A DNA stretch of 64,000 nt from a virus. Lineage: Duplodnaviria > Caudoviricetes. The DNA lies in IMG/VR virus record IMGVR_UViG_3300005326_000040, positions 274,056-338,055 of that record; one strand, given 5' to 3'. The translations under genes and the position numbers were made by a program. Each line of letters opens with the position of its first letter. Position 1 is the stretch's first letter. The notes beneath the pieces were generated by a model. The model had not been told where the DNA came from. It saw only the letters and a list, made by a program, of their open reading frames with translations, and made no database searches. This document shows, in pieces, positions 55,361-63,662 of the stretch.

Positions 55361-55936
55361 TTCCGTTTTGGCTATTTTGCGAACGGTGCCTTTTATTACA
55401 ACCGGGCATTCAACGCCATTGTTGAATATTTTCTTACATTCAACGGCACCATATATATCATACTGAATGTGCGCGAATCCGCTTGGGCGATGGAGTTTGC
55501 CGTTTTTGAGCCATTGTTGAGCAAACAGTTCACCTGTTGGTCTGTACAGGGTTCTTGTGGGTTCTTTGTCTGAACTTTTGCGCATGTGGTATGTTTCGGA
55601 ACGTTTGGCACCAGTTTCGTAGCGGGTTATTTCATAAACTAAGGCGCCTTCAACATACCATTTTTGGTGTTTTGGTTGTCCGTTGGAGAAGTAGAATATT
55701 ATCGCAGGCGCACCTACATGGTGGATTTCTCCAAATTCGCACCAGATTTCATTGCGCGTAATCCAGCGGTCTTGTGCTGCGTCGTATATTTCGCGCACAA
55801 AAGCCGGGCCATTTTTGCGGTGGACTTTTTCGTTTAAAAGGTAGACGGTTTCCCGTATCTTTTTTGTAGCTTCACGAACGCATATAATGGTGTTGCTACC
55901 GTCTTGTGATACATGCGTCTTACATGTAAACATCAC
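55301..55936 (-). CDS. MORN-variant repeat protein
   Basis: HRKNGPA, HHVGAPA and HRPSGFA repeats. Confidence 0.65.
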   Translation of the reverse strand: MMFTCKTHVSQDGSNTIICVREATKKIRETVYLLNEKVHRKNGPAFVREIYDAAQDRWITRNEIWCEFGEIHHVGAPAIIFYFSNGQPKHQKWYVEGALVYEITRYETGAKRSETYHMRKSSDKEPTRTLYRPTGELFAQQWLKNGKLHRPSGFAHIQYDIYGAVECKKIFNNGVECPVVIKGTVRKIAKTELHFEDYFCDNPNNCGHKCG

Positions 55937-56022
55937 GGGTCTCCATGTGGGCGAACTTTCGTTATACGATGCCCCATAGCTACAGAAGGTAGCACGCTTT
56001 TTGATGGAGGCAAGTAAGAGGG

Positions 56023-56739
56023 CTATTTCTCCTGGTTTTCGTCATCGTTCGGGTTACGAACGTTGAACACGTCGATGTCTTGCAGGCTTAAAAGCAGCAT
56101 ATCGTCGAGTTTTTTCTTCTGGGAATCGGACAACACTGGAAGTTCATCCTCATTGATTTGGAGATTTGCAAATTCTCGAAATAGTAATGTGAGGGCTCTT
56201 GTGTACGGTTCCTCGTCGGCGGTATAGTACCCTTGTTTTCTCAGTTCTTTGGAGAATAGAGCCGGATTCCCCAACAGAATGGCATTCCATGCTTTCTTGT
56301 ATCTATTGTACAGTAGTGTTAGGTAGTCCAGTGCGCCTTCGTTCAGTGTCTTGTACGCTCGGAAACGAGAGTATGGATGGTCAGGGTAGAACCATACAAT
56401 TGCTGTTTTTGTTCCATCTTTCTCATCTCTAATAGAAGTTATCTTGGCTGTGTTTGGATTTTCTTGTACGAGTTTTTTTGCGAAGTCGAGTTTGAAGTAT
56501 TCATTACAAACATAGAAGGTATAGTCTCGACCATCGGAGAGAGAAGATTTGATGTTACCCATATTCCAGCAGTGCATTTTCTTGAGTCGTCCGGTTTCTA
56601 GAAAGCACTGTGCCATTATGCAAAAAATTGATTCTTTTTTTGGTACTGCGTTAAATAGGTTTAACCAAGCGTAGTGTAGCGCTTGGTAAAACTCTAAAGG
56701 CTGTACAGTTGTTATGAGGTCAGGTAGTTTTTGCGCCAT
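56023..56739 (-). CDS. Glucosaminidase/muramidase-like endolysin
   Basis: AQCFLETG (catalytic Glu), WNMGNIK, FRAYKTL, GYYTA. Confidence 0.7.
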   Translation of the reverse strand: MAQKLPDLITTVQPLEFYQALHYAWLNLFNAVPKKESIFCIMAQCFLETGRLKKMHCWNMGNIKSSLSDGRDYTFYVCNEYFKLDFAKKLVQENPNTAKITSIRDEKDGTKTAIVWFYPDHPYSRFRAYKTLNEGALDYLTLLYNRYKKAWNAILLGNPALFSKELRKQGYYTADEEPYTRALTLLFREFANLQINEDELPVLSDSQKKKLDDMLLLSLQDIDVFNVRNPNDDENQEK

Positions 56740-56766
56740 ACACTGATGGCGAAATATTAGAAAGTA

Positions 56767-57390
56767 CTACTTGAGGAAAGAGGCGTTATTGGCTACTGGC
56801 TGAGGCAGTAGAGATGGTGGGGTCTTTTTCTGTGGTTTATAGCTAGCCCACATCTTTCCATTCTTTTGAGTAACGATGATGTTTGCCTTGTTGGTAAAAA
56901 CGTTGAAGATAGCATCCATTTCGGCAGCGGCATTTCGTCTTCCGCCTAGAGCGTATCCTTTGAACAGGGAGAGTGAGGTAGTTGCTTTTTCGTTTTTCAT
57001 AACTATGTTCCAAGCGAGAGACGAAGCAAGATTATTGTTGGAGCAGATTTCTTCTCGCTTGTAACCTTTCCAAGCGCCGCTTCCGACATGAAGTTGATAC
57101 AACGAAATGCTTTGACCTTTATCGCAATACACTGAACCGATATAACAGGCTGTACAGTCCTGTACTTTCTCCCAGAACCCTGATTCATGTGCTGCGATTG
57201 ATGCTAGAGCTAAAGCGCTAGCCTCATGGGCAGCATCTCCAGCAAACGGTTTCTTTTCAGAATCAGTTGTTTGCCAGATGTCATTTGTTACGCCTTGGAG
57301 TCTTTCTTTTTGGGTATCGTCTACAGGTGTGCCTCTTTGCGAATAAAAGCCCAAAATCAAGGCGAATAGGGTGGTTAGAAAATTGTGCAT
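56767..57390 (-). CDS. Secreted lytic transglycosylase-like protein
   Basis: N-terminal hydrophobic signal; IAAHESGF (SLT-type Glu); CDKGQSISLYQL. Confidence 0.55.
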   Translation of the reverse strand: MHNFLTTLFALILGFYSQRGTPVDDTQKERLQGVTNDIWQTTDSEKKPFAGDAAHEASALALASIAAHESGFWEKVQDCTACYIGSVYCDKGQSISLYQLHVGSGAWKGYKREEICSNNNLASSLAWNIVMKNEKATTSLSLFKGYALGGRRNAAAEMDAIFNVFTNKANIIVTQKNGKMWASYKPQKKTPPSLLPQPVANNASFLK

Positions 57391-57411
57391 AATAGTATAG
57401 TCTCCTTTGTT

Positions 57412-57429
57412 TGACTCAATTACGAGTCA
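57412..57429. repeat. Inverted repeat (operator or hairpin)
   Basis: TGACTC-aattac-GAGTCA just upstream of the 57390 start. Confidence 0.35.
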
Positions 57430-57458
57430 TTTGGTTTATTAAGATAAGCTATTGTAAA

Positions 57459-57653
57459 TTACTTTGCGGAATAAGAATTGGCAGCCCAACCGCAGCCGCC
57501 ACTTTCGAGGATAAATCCACCGCAACCTTTTGAAATAAGGCGCTGAGCGGATTCTTTGTTGCATTCGGGGCAAGTTTTCAAGGGAGCCTCGGTAATCTTT
57601 TGTTCGGCTTCCCATTCGTGATTGCAAATTTTACATCTATATTCGTACGTCAT
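57459..57653 (-). CDS. FmdB-family zinc-ribbon protein
   Basis: MTYEYRCKICNHEWE...CPEC...RLIS. Confidence 0.85.
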   Translation of the reverse strand: MTYEYRCKICNHEWEAEQKITEAPLKTCPECNKESAQRLISKGCGGFILESGGCGWAANSYSAK

Positions 57654-57670
57654 TTGAACCTCAAAAAAAC

Positions 57671-58348
57671 TTATATATCAAGGGTCTCCCATCCTTGTGG
57701 AACGACAATGCTATTACCACGGAATGGCAGCATGTCAAATACTATCCAACCGATGACTTTTCTGTCTCCGGCGTACTGTTCTTTACTTCTCTTCGTCCAG
57801 ACTCTTTCCACTTTTTTGATACACTGAAGAGATTTTGCTCCTGTAATTTGACCGCCATCAACAGACACAAGCGTTGGAATTTCTTCGCCTTTCCAGGCAA
57901 CAGCAGTCAAAGCGTGTGTTGCTAGGCCGCTTCCTACAATTACATAGTCTCCTAGTTCAGGCTGAATGCTCATATCTTTCCAAGGAGCCTGCCATGCTTT
58001 ATGTTTTCTGGCGAATATTATTTCGGCCGAAAGCGCTGTTCCGTCGATATAGTTTTCATAAAGAGCCTGCATATCCACATTCATTCTTCGCCATAATCCA
58101 CGAGCTACCAGACCGCAAGTTGATACGCCTTCAGTAACCCATTTTCCATTGACAAGTTTTGCTTTGAATGGACGGTCCAGATCCCAGGCATATTTTTTTT
58201 TACCCAGGATGCCTTCAAACAATTTTCTGGTGGGTTGATAGGCAGATACTCCAACCATCGAATACGCATTCGCTACAATTGCTTTGCGGAGCAGGAATGT
58301 GTCGGTTGGTCTTGGGATAGTAATTAGCGGGGTATTGCTATCGATCAT
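57671..58348 (-). CDS. NlpC/P60- or CHAP-like cysteine amidase candidate
   Basis: STCGLVARG (Cys), GDYVIVG, THAL (His), VSVDGG. The ATG at 58348 is preferred over 58405. Confidence 0.45.
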   Translation of the reverse strand: MIDSNTPLITIPRPTDTFLLRKAIVANAYSMVGVSAYQPTRKLFEGILGKKKYAWDLDRPFKAKLVNGKWVTEGVSTCGLVARGLWRRMNVDMQALYENYIDGTALSAEIIFARKHKAWQAPWKDMSIQPELGDYVIVGSGLATHALTAVAWKGEEIPTLVSVDGGQITGAKSLQCIKKVERVWTKRSKEQYAGDRKVIGWIVFDMLPFRGNSIVVPQGWETLDI

Positions 58349-58392
58349 AAAAAAATGCAAAATAATTGACTGAAATTGATTTTCCCGCTGGG

Positions 58393-58405
58393 AATAGAGC
58401 AGCAT
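58393..58405 (+). promoter_or_regulatory. Putative late promoter motif AATR-N6-YAT
   Basis: AATA-gagcag-CAT before the lone + strand gene at 58426. Confidence 0.5.
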
Positions 58406-58425
58406 ATCGTAGAGGAGAATAAGTT

Positions 58426-58989
58426 ATGAAAATTGAAACCTTATCTAAGATCGCAACGGTTTTTGAGAAGCATCTAAAAAAATATGCTGATGAAGTGGAG
58501 CCGCAAGCTCTCAATGATTTTTCTCGGGCTGTTTTGTCTGAAGTAGTTAAGAATTCTGGATTCTATAATACCGTTCAAGTCAACGCTGGAAATGTACAAG
58601 GAAACCAATGGGTTGATAAAGGTAAAAAAGTTTGGGGGAGCGTTACTATTGGTAAAACAGGTTATATTACCGCAAAAAGAGAGTCGGGTAAACCGTGGCA
58701 AATTCAGCCTGCGACAACGCTTACAATTGATTGGAACTTAGAAGGTGATGCAGAAGCTGTGGCGGCGGTAAAGACATCCATTACAAACGACTACAACATG
58801 TTTGCTAAAAAGTTCTTGCTTCCCGCCTTTCAAGCAAAATTAAACGAGCATCTAACCGATCCCAAGTGGACAACGATTACGAATCAAGTTATTCCGGAAG
58901 CAGGAGCGAGCACAAGAGACAGCAAGGCGCAGAGAGGTTCGATGAGCGCTGGGATTGTTGAGATTGTGCTGGAAGATGAGTTTAAGTAA
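58426..58989 (+). CDS. Putative internal head protein outside the head module
   Basis: LSKIA and LKKYA at the N-terminus; own late-type promoter and GAGGAG SD. Confidence 0.55.
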   Translation: MKIETLSKIATVFEKHLKKYADEVEPQALNDFSRAVLSEVVKNSGFYNTVQVNAGNVQGNQWVDKGKKVWGSVTIGKTGYITAKRESGKPWQIQPATTLTIDWNLEGDAEAVAAVKTSITNDYNMFAKKFLLPAFQAKLNEHLTDPKWTTITNQVIPEAGASTRDSKAQRGSMSAGIVEIVLEDEFK

Positions 58990-59001
58990 GGTCTTGTCGA
59001 A

Positions 59002-59367
59002 TCAAGTCTGGTTTGTTGGTAGTAAGCTTATTTGTGTTAGTTGCACTACTACTTGTTCTTTCTTGAGAGGACACTTAACGTGTACTTCTCTAATGTCCTG
59101 ATTTATAGGGGTAATTCTATAAAACTGTTTTCCTTTTTTACCTTTACCATTTGGGTTTTTCTCGCCAATGCGCCAACCTTCGAAGAACGTGAATGTAGGC
59201 TCTTGCATAGCGCCACACTCGCGTTCTTGCGGCTCGGGATTCCATCGAAAAAATGGACAGTCAGCACAACAAGTTACTTCTCGGAGCATAACTACCTCGC
59301 TAGCTTCCGTTTTTTTGATCTGCTGGATGAGTTTAAGTAAGCTCTTTGTTTCGTAAGAATTCCGCAT
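59002..59367 (-). CDS. Cys-motif hypothetical protein
   Basis: CCADCPFF..ECG..CPL; SD-supported start at 59367. Confidence 0.55.
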   Translation of the reverse strand: MRNSYETKSLLKLIQQIKKTEASEVVMLREVTCCADCPFFRWNPEPQERECGAMQEPTFTFFEGWRIGEKNPNGKGKKGKQFYRITPINQDIREVHVKCPLKKEQVVVQLTQISLLPTNQT

Positions 59368-60016
59368 ATCCTCGGTCAATTTCAAACACAACCCGAAGAA
59401 GAACAGCATTATTTATCGTGCCTATGAGCTTGCCGTTTGCGTGGATTCGAGGCACCCAATCGGGAAGTTCTTTCCCATCGATATACCATTGGCAATTATC
59501 TGGCACAGATTGTTTGCTTCCTAAAAACTTGGCTCGATAGTCGATAATAGCTGGACCATCGTACCGGTGGTATCGATTATTAATGCCCCAGCGTCTTAGA
59601 GTGCAGCGTCCGTTGAGAGCAAATTGTTCTAAATATGGACCATCAACTCTATGGAATTTTCCGTTTTGTATCCAGGTTTTTTGGTGCAGATTTCCTTCTT
59701 TCCAATATTTGATACAAGCCGGATTACCATCGCGGTGACGCAGATGATGTTTATGATAAACCTTTTCTAAAATGATGCAAGAATCTAAGTCGAAATCAAA
59801 CATATCTTTGCGACTCATTTTCGGAAAAAGATATGTAATTTGTGTTGGTTCATCTAACTCAGCATGGAAAATAAAAACGTTGTTTTGTATTAAATGACCG
59901 CGACAGACGGTAAGTTCAAAATTTCCGTCGGCATTGTAACGCTTGATGGTTTGGACTTCAGGCCGGTATTTAGCAGCGCAAAATGAATCATCTTTTATGA
60001 AATCACGCAGCAACAT
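59333..60016 (-). CDS. MORN-variant repeat protein
   Basis: HRDGNPA, HRVDGPY and HRYDGPA repeats. Confidence 0.65.
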   Translation of the reverse strand: MLLRDFIKDDSFCAAKYRPEVQTIKRYNADGNFELTVCRGHLIQNNVFIFHAELDEPTQITYLFPKMSRKDMFDFDLDSCIILEKVYHKHHLRHRDGNPACIKYWKEGNLHQKTWIQNGKFHRVDGPYLEQFALNGRCTLRRWGINNRYHRYDGPAIIDYRAKFLGSKQSVPDNCQWYIDGKELPDWVPRIHANGKLIGTINNAVLLRVVFEIDRGYAEFLRNKELT

Positions 60017-60022
60017 GCTTTC

Positions 60023-60050
60023 ACAATAGCACGTTTTGGGCGATTGTCAA
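60023..60050 (-). promoter_or_regulatory. Sigma70-like promoter
   Basis: On the - strand: TTGACA-N16-TATTGT with a TGn extension. Confidence 0.55.
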
Positions 60051-60063
60051 ACGTAGATGGAAA

Positions 60064-60273
60064 TTACAACGTGGGCAGAATTGGTGTTTTACGTTTGAAA
60101 GCGATGGCGATTAATTCAGCCGTGACTGTAATGCCAAATGTACCAATAAAATATCCGACAATTAATTGCCATAACGGCACCTGAAGAGCTTCAGACATCC
60201 AAGCTCCAAAGGCTACTGACAGAAAGACAAGGAACTGAAGGCCGATATGAAATCTTGTATTCCACTGAAACAT
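60064..60273 (-). CDS. Small membrane protein
   Basis: Two hydrophobic helices; 69 aa. Confidence 0.55.
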   Translation of the reverse strand: MFQWNTRFHIGLQFLVFLSVAFGAWMSEALQVPLWQLIVGYFIGTFGITVTAELIAIAFKRKTPILPTL

Positions 60274-60288
60274 ATTTTTTACCTTAGT

Positions 60289-60813
60289 CTACGGAATCAA
60301 CATTGACCGTCCGAATTTTTCTCGTTTGAGTTTTTCGGATTTGAGTTCCTGGTACAATTGCTTCAGCCAAACTTTCGCTTCTTTTTTTGTGATTCCAATT
60401 GTTTTGGTGGGATCTTTCCCTGCTAAATCTTTTGGACATGCGGGCTCCAGCACCATAAGTTTCTTTTCCGTAAAATCAAAAGGGTATAAACGACAAACTA
60501 ACGGTTTAGTTTCATGAGGTAAAGAGCAGCCATCTTTCTTTAAAAAGATGCAATCTACACCATTTTTTGCTTTTTTGAGAACGCGACGTGTACCATTTAT
60601 AATAGTTACTTCGTTCCAAAGCGGGTCATCCCACATTGATATAGCCTCAATATATGGTTGCCCGGCTGCGCGGCGTTCAAAAAATGGCTTTTTGTAAACG
60701 CATTGAATTCTTGCAATATCCCCTAGTGTAACAAAAGGCTCTGAATCCTGGCAGCAGGTTAGTTGGCGTTTGGAACATTGAGCGCAGATGTGATTTGTGC
60801 TTGTATTAGGCAT
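60289..60813 (-). CDS. YkgJ-family cysteine-cluster protein
   Basis: CAQC...CCQ...CIFLKKDGCSL..KPLVCRLYPF...C; likely start 60813. Confidence 0.8.
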   Translation of the reverse strand: MPNTSTNHICAQCSKRQLTCCQDSEPFVTLGDIARIQCVYKKPFFERRAAGQPYIEAISMWDDPLWNEVTIINGTRRVLKKAKNGVDCIFLKKDGCSLPHETKPLVCRLYPFDFTEKKLMVLEPACPKDLAGKDPTKTIGITKKEAKVWLKQLYQELKSEKLKREKFGRSMLIP

Positions 60814-60823
60814 AGGAATAACT

Positions 60824-61153
60824 TTACATTTGTGGGGCAAAATACCACATTGCTTTTTCATCGTGATCGGCTTCGTATTCTTCATCAAGAGGTCTTAGCC
60901 AACTAGCATCATAATCAGCTAACGCCTGTTCACAAAGCGCTTTCACACAATTGCTGTAGTCCCTGTAAACTTTTTCATTACGGTTGTCCCATTTTGCAAG
61001 CCTTCGACGAATCAACCGGGCAATTGCGGACGCTTTTCCTAATCCAGACTCTAGTGAGCCTGTTGTAAGCTCATGCAATTCTTCACACATAGAAACTAGG
61101 CAATACTCATAATCGCCTAAATCATCGATAGATTTTGGTTTCATGAAGTGCAT
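60824..61153 (-). CDS. Hypothetical protein
   Basis: GAGG SD before the ATG at 61153. Confidence 0.5.
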   Translation of the reverse strand: MHFMKPKSIDDLGDYEYCLVSMCEELHELTTGSLESGLGKASAIARLIRRRLAKWDNRNEKVYRDYSNCVKALCEQALADYDASWLRPLDEEYEADHDEKAMWYFAPQM

Positions 61154-61155
61154 AT

Positions 61156-61872
61156 TTACCTCGTTTTCGTCTCGTGATAGCCGTCTAATGGAACCCAGTT
61201 TTTCCCGGTTTGTTCTTTGAGATATAAATATGGATCGTGCTTTGCAAGAACGCACTTTCTAATTTGTCCAAATCTTACGTCTGCAAGATAAACGCTTGTG
61301 TTGAATGAATAGTCAATTGCTTCTCCCTGCAATATAATTTGACGTGTTCTTCCATTTTCCCATCCTACGCCTTTATGTGTGTCAAACACAATAGGAATGT
61401 CTTCAGGAGCGTCATATAGATTTTGATACAAGTCTCCATTTACAAACAGGAATTGTCCGCTTTGCCCTACCTCATAACTTTTAAGAAGTCTTTTATGGTT
61501 CTCTTTAATGGTGTCCTGTATACTTGGGGTAGAACCATAGGCACATTGTAGAGTGTCAATTTCTGGGCCATCGACAACGGTACATCCAACATGAGTAATT
61601 TTGTCTTCATCGCCATCTTTTAATGGGTTAATTTTACATGTTTGAAGTTTCATGAATTCAAAATCAACGACAATTACTTCGCCTGCGCAAGATGTTTTGG
61701 GAAGCTTGAAACTATGTATTCTGCCGTCAGGCCAGCCAATTCCGCGCCAACGAGCAAAAGTCATATTTGGGTCTTTCCAAAGGCGACCATTTACAAATAC
61801 GACATGACTTGAATTATCGCAAATCCATTCGCAATTTGCGGCAATTTCATTTTGAATTAATTCTTTGTTCAT
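61156..61872 (-). CDS. Hypothetical protein with internal duplication
   Basis: FVNGRLW..GIGWPDGRI repeated as FVNGDLY..GVGWENGRT. Confidence 0.6.
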   Translation of the reverse strand: MNKELIQNEIAANCEWICDNSSHVVFVNGRLWKDPNMTFARWRGIGWPDGRIHSFKLPKTSCAGEVIVVDFEFMKLQTCKINPLKDGDEDKITHVGCTVVDGPEIDTLQCAYGSTPSIQDTIKENHKRLLKSYEVGQSGQFLFVNGDLYQNLYDAPEDIPIVFDTHKGVGWENGRTRQIILQGEAIDYSFNTSVYLADVRFGQIRKCVLAKHDPYLYLKEQTGKNWVPLDGYHETKTR

Positions 61873-61895
61873 TTGTTTTCTTTTTCTTGCTTTGA

Positions 61896-62228
61896 TTATT
61901 TAACAGAAGCAACAACAATTCCTGCAACTCCAAGCAGACATCCTATCAGGGCGTTGCGTTCTGGAGCTTCCCGAAACATACAAATAATGAGCAATGGTTC
62001 TACTATTAGAATCGACCCGAGGCTTACTGCGGTTACACGCCATATGCCTCCGTTTTTAGAACCAGCCCAGTATCCCCATAACAGTAAAGGCCAGCTTATG
62101 AAGCCCCATGGTAACCCTTTCCATAGGTGACCTTTGGCAGAGAGAAGTTCGCCATAGATGGCAAGCGCCTCGCCAGTAAAAAGTGCAAGCAGCGGTAGAA
62201 TCAGCTTCTCTAAACCCATCCACATCAT
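61896..62228 (-). CDS. SMR/DMT-like 4-TM membrane protein
   Basis: 110 aa with four hydrophobic helices, Glu in TM1, IGCLLGVAGIVV C-terminus. Confidence 0.55.
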   Translation of the reverse strand: MMWMGLEKLILPLLALFTGEALAIYGELLSAKGHLWKGLPWGFISWPLLLWGYWAGSKNGGIWRVTAVSLGSILIVEPLLIICMFREAPERNALIGCLLGVAGIVVASVK

Positions 62229-62230
62229 GG

Positions 62231-62836
62231 TTATTTTCTTAATTTCCTTAGGCTTCTATCCGATACAGTTGTGGGAAAAACTTTAATTTTAGCCCCAGCT
62301 TTAGCAAGAATATTTGATTTTTCTTCAGCTTCATATTTTGGAAGTTCTATAGCCAAGATTGAAGGCGCTTTATCTACGCTTTCTTTTGCAGCAGCGAGAG
62401 AAACATCAAAAATTTGACGAATAGCTTTCATTGCTTCAATGCGATTTATACAAGAAATCAATTCAATAGTGAATTCAGTTGCTTCATACTCGCGATCGAA
62501 AGGAATGCCGTATGCGCAAGCGACTGTTTGCTTGGGTATACCTAATTCATTCCATGTTTTTAGAGAACCATCTTCTTGGAATTCACAAGGAGAAAGAAGA
62601 TCATCAGATGCCTTTTTGAGAGCGGCTAATGGGAACACTTCATGAATTCTGTCTAGAACACCAGAAATCATCTCAAGTCTATGCCCATTTTTAAATGCCG
62701 CCCAAATTTGTTCATCTTTGGAAATTTCAATTAGTTTGTGCCCGGCAGCAGCAATTAACGTCTGTTTTGCTTCAAAAGGCATTCCATTTTTGAAGTAATC
62801 CAAAGCAAGTTTTTCTAAGCGTTCTGACTCTTTCAT
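62231..62836 (-). CDS. Protein with C-terminal ribosomal bL12 (L7/L12)-like domain
   Basis: FTIEL..RIEAMKAIRQIFDVSLAAAKESVDKAPSIL..KYEAEE..LAKAGAKIKV follows the bL12 CTD pattern; N-terminal about 120 aa unrelated. Confidence 0.75.
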   Translation of the reverse strand: MKESERLEKLALDYFKNGMPFEAKQTLIAAAGHKLIEISKDEQIWAAFKNGHRLEMISGVLDRIHEVFPLAALKKASDDLLSPCEFQEDGSLKTWNELGIPKQTVACAYGIPFDREYEATEFTIELISCINRIEAMKAIRQIFDVSLAAAKESVDKAPSILAIELPKYEAEEKSNILAKAGAKIKVFPTTVSDRSLRKLRK

Positions 62837-62840
62837 TTGC

Positions 62841-63599
62841 TTACTTTCGGCAAGTTAGTTGTAAGACGCTTAGAACTTCGCTTGGGTCGCAGCCATACAA
62901 TCCTGATGCCCAAGCTTGATTATTTTCGATGATGGCAAAGCCTCTATCTTTGATGATTCCAACATCGACAACGGAGGGAACTGTATTCTCTCCCAAAAAC
63001 TTCAAAGAACTCAAAGCGCTTTCAGCAAAAACAGCAGCTTTTTCGCAGTTTGCAACGTGCCAATTCTTTGGTTCATTAACTTCGCCGTGATACAAATAAC
63101 AGCTTACTGTTTTACATGACTTAGAGTCAACAAAACATCTAAACTCTTCTATAAATTCTACGGGCTCAGAAACGATAACGGGCGTATCATCTGGTGCAAC
63201 GTCTGTTGGCGGAGGATTGAACTCACCGGGCTCATAAACTTTTGCAGGAAACAGTTTATAATCAGCAGGCTTGATGAACATAGATTTGTTAAAGGATAAA
63301 TTGCGAACAGCCCTCAACAAATAAAAAGACACATCTCTTTTGAGATATTCTCTCGGAAGCAATGTTAGCCAATCAAATTTGTTTTGTTCTAGGCTCCAAT
63401 CCATTTGCTGGGCAATCACTTCGCAAAAAGTTTGTGAACCGTATGGTACACCAGAAGCGTGAGAGTTAACTATTTCTTCTGGCAATCTCCAGCCAGAATC
63501 AGCGCCAATTACATCCCACCCTAAACTTCTAGCCATGGTTTGCATAGCAATGAGTTCATTATGAAGTCGGCCCGCTCGCGGTTGTGTAATAAGAATCAT
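62841..63599 (-). CDS. ATP-grasp domain protein (DUF4343/R2K-like)
   Basis: FIKPADYKLF, SEPVEFIEEFRCFV, VVDVG, IIENN..WASGLYG. Confidence 0.7.
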   Translation of the reverse strand: MILITQPRAGRLHNELIAMQTMARSLGWDVIGADSGWRLPEEIVNSHASGVPYGSQTFCEVIAQQMDWSLEQNKFDWLTLLPREYLKRDVSFYLLRAVRNLSFNKSMFIKPADYKLFPAKVYEPGEFNPPPTDVAPDDTPVIVSEPVEFIEEFRCFVDSKSCKTVSCYLYHGEVNEPKNWHVANCEKAAVFAESALSSLKFLGENTVPSVVDVGIIKDRGFAIIENNQAWASGLYGCDPSEVLSVLQLTCRK

Positions 63600-63662
63600 T
63601 TATTCCTTCTTTATGTTAAATTTATTTAAGCTGGCAGAATCAATTGAAATACCGAACCATAT

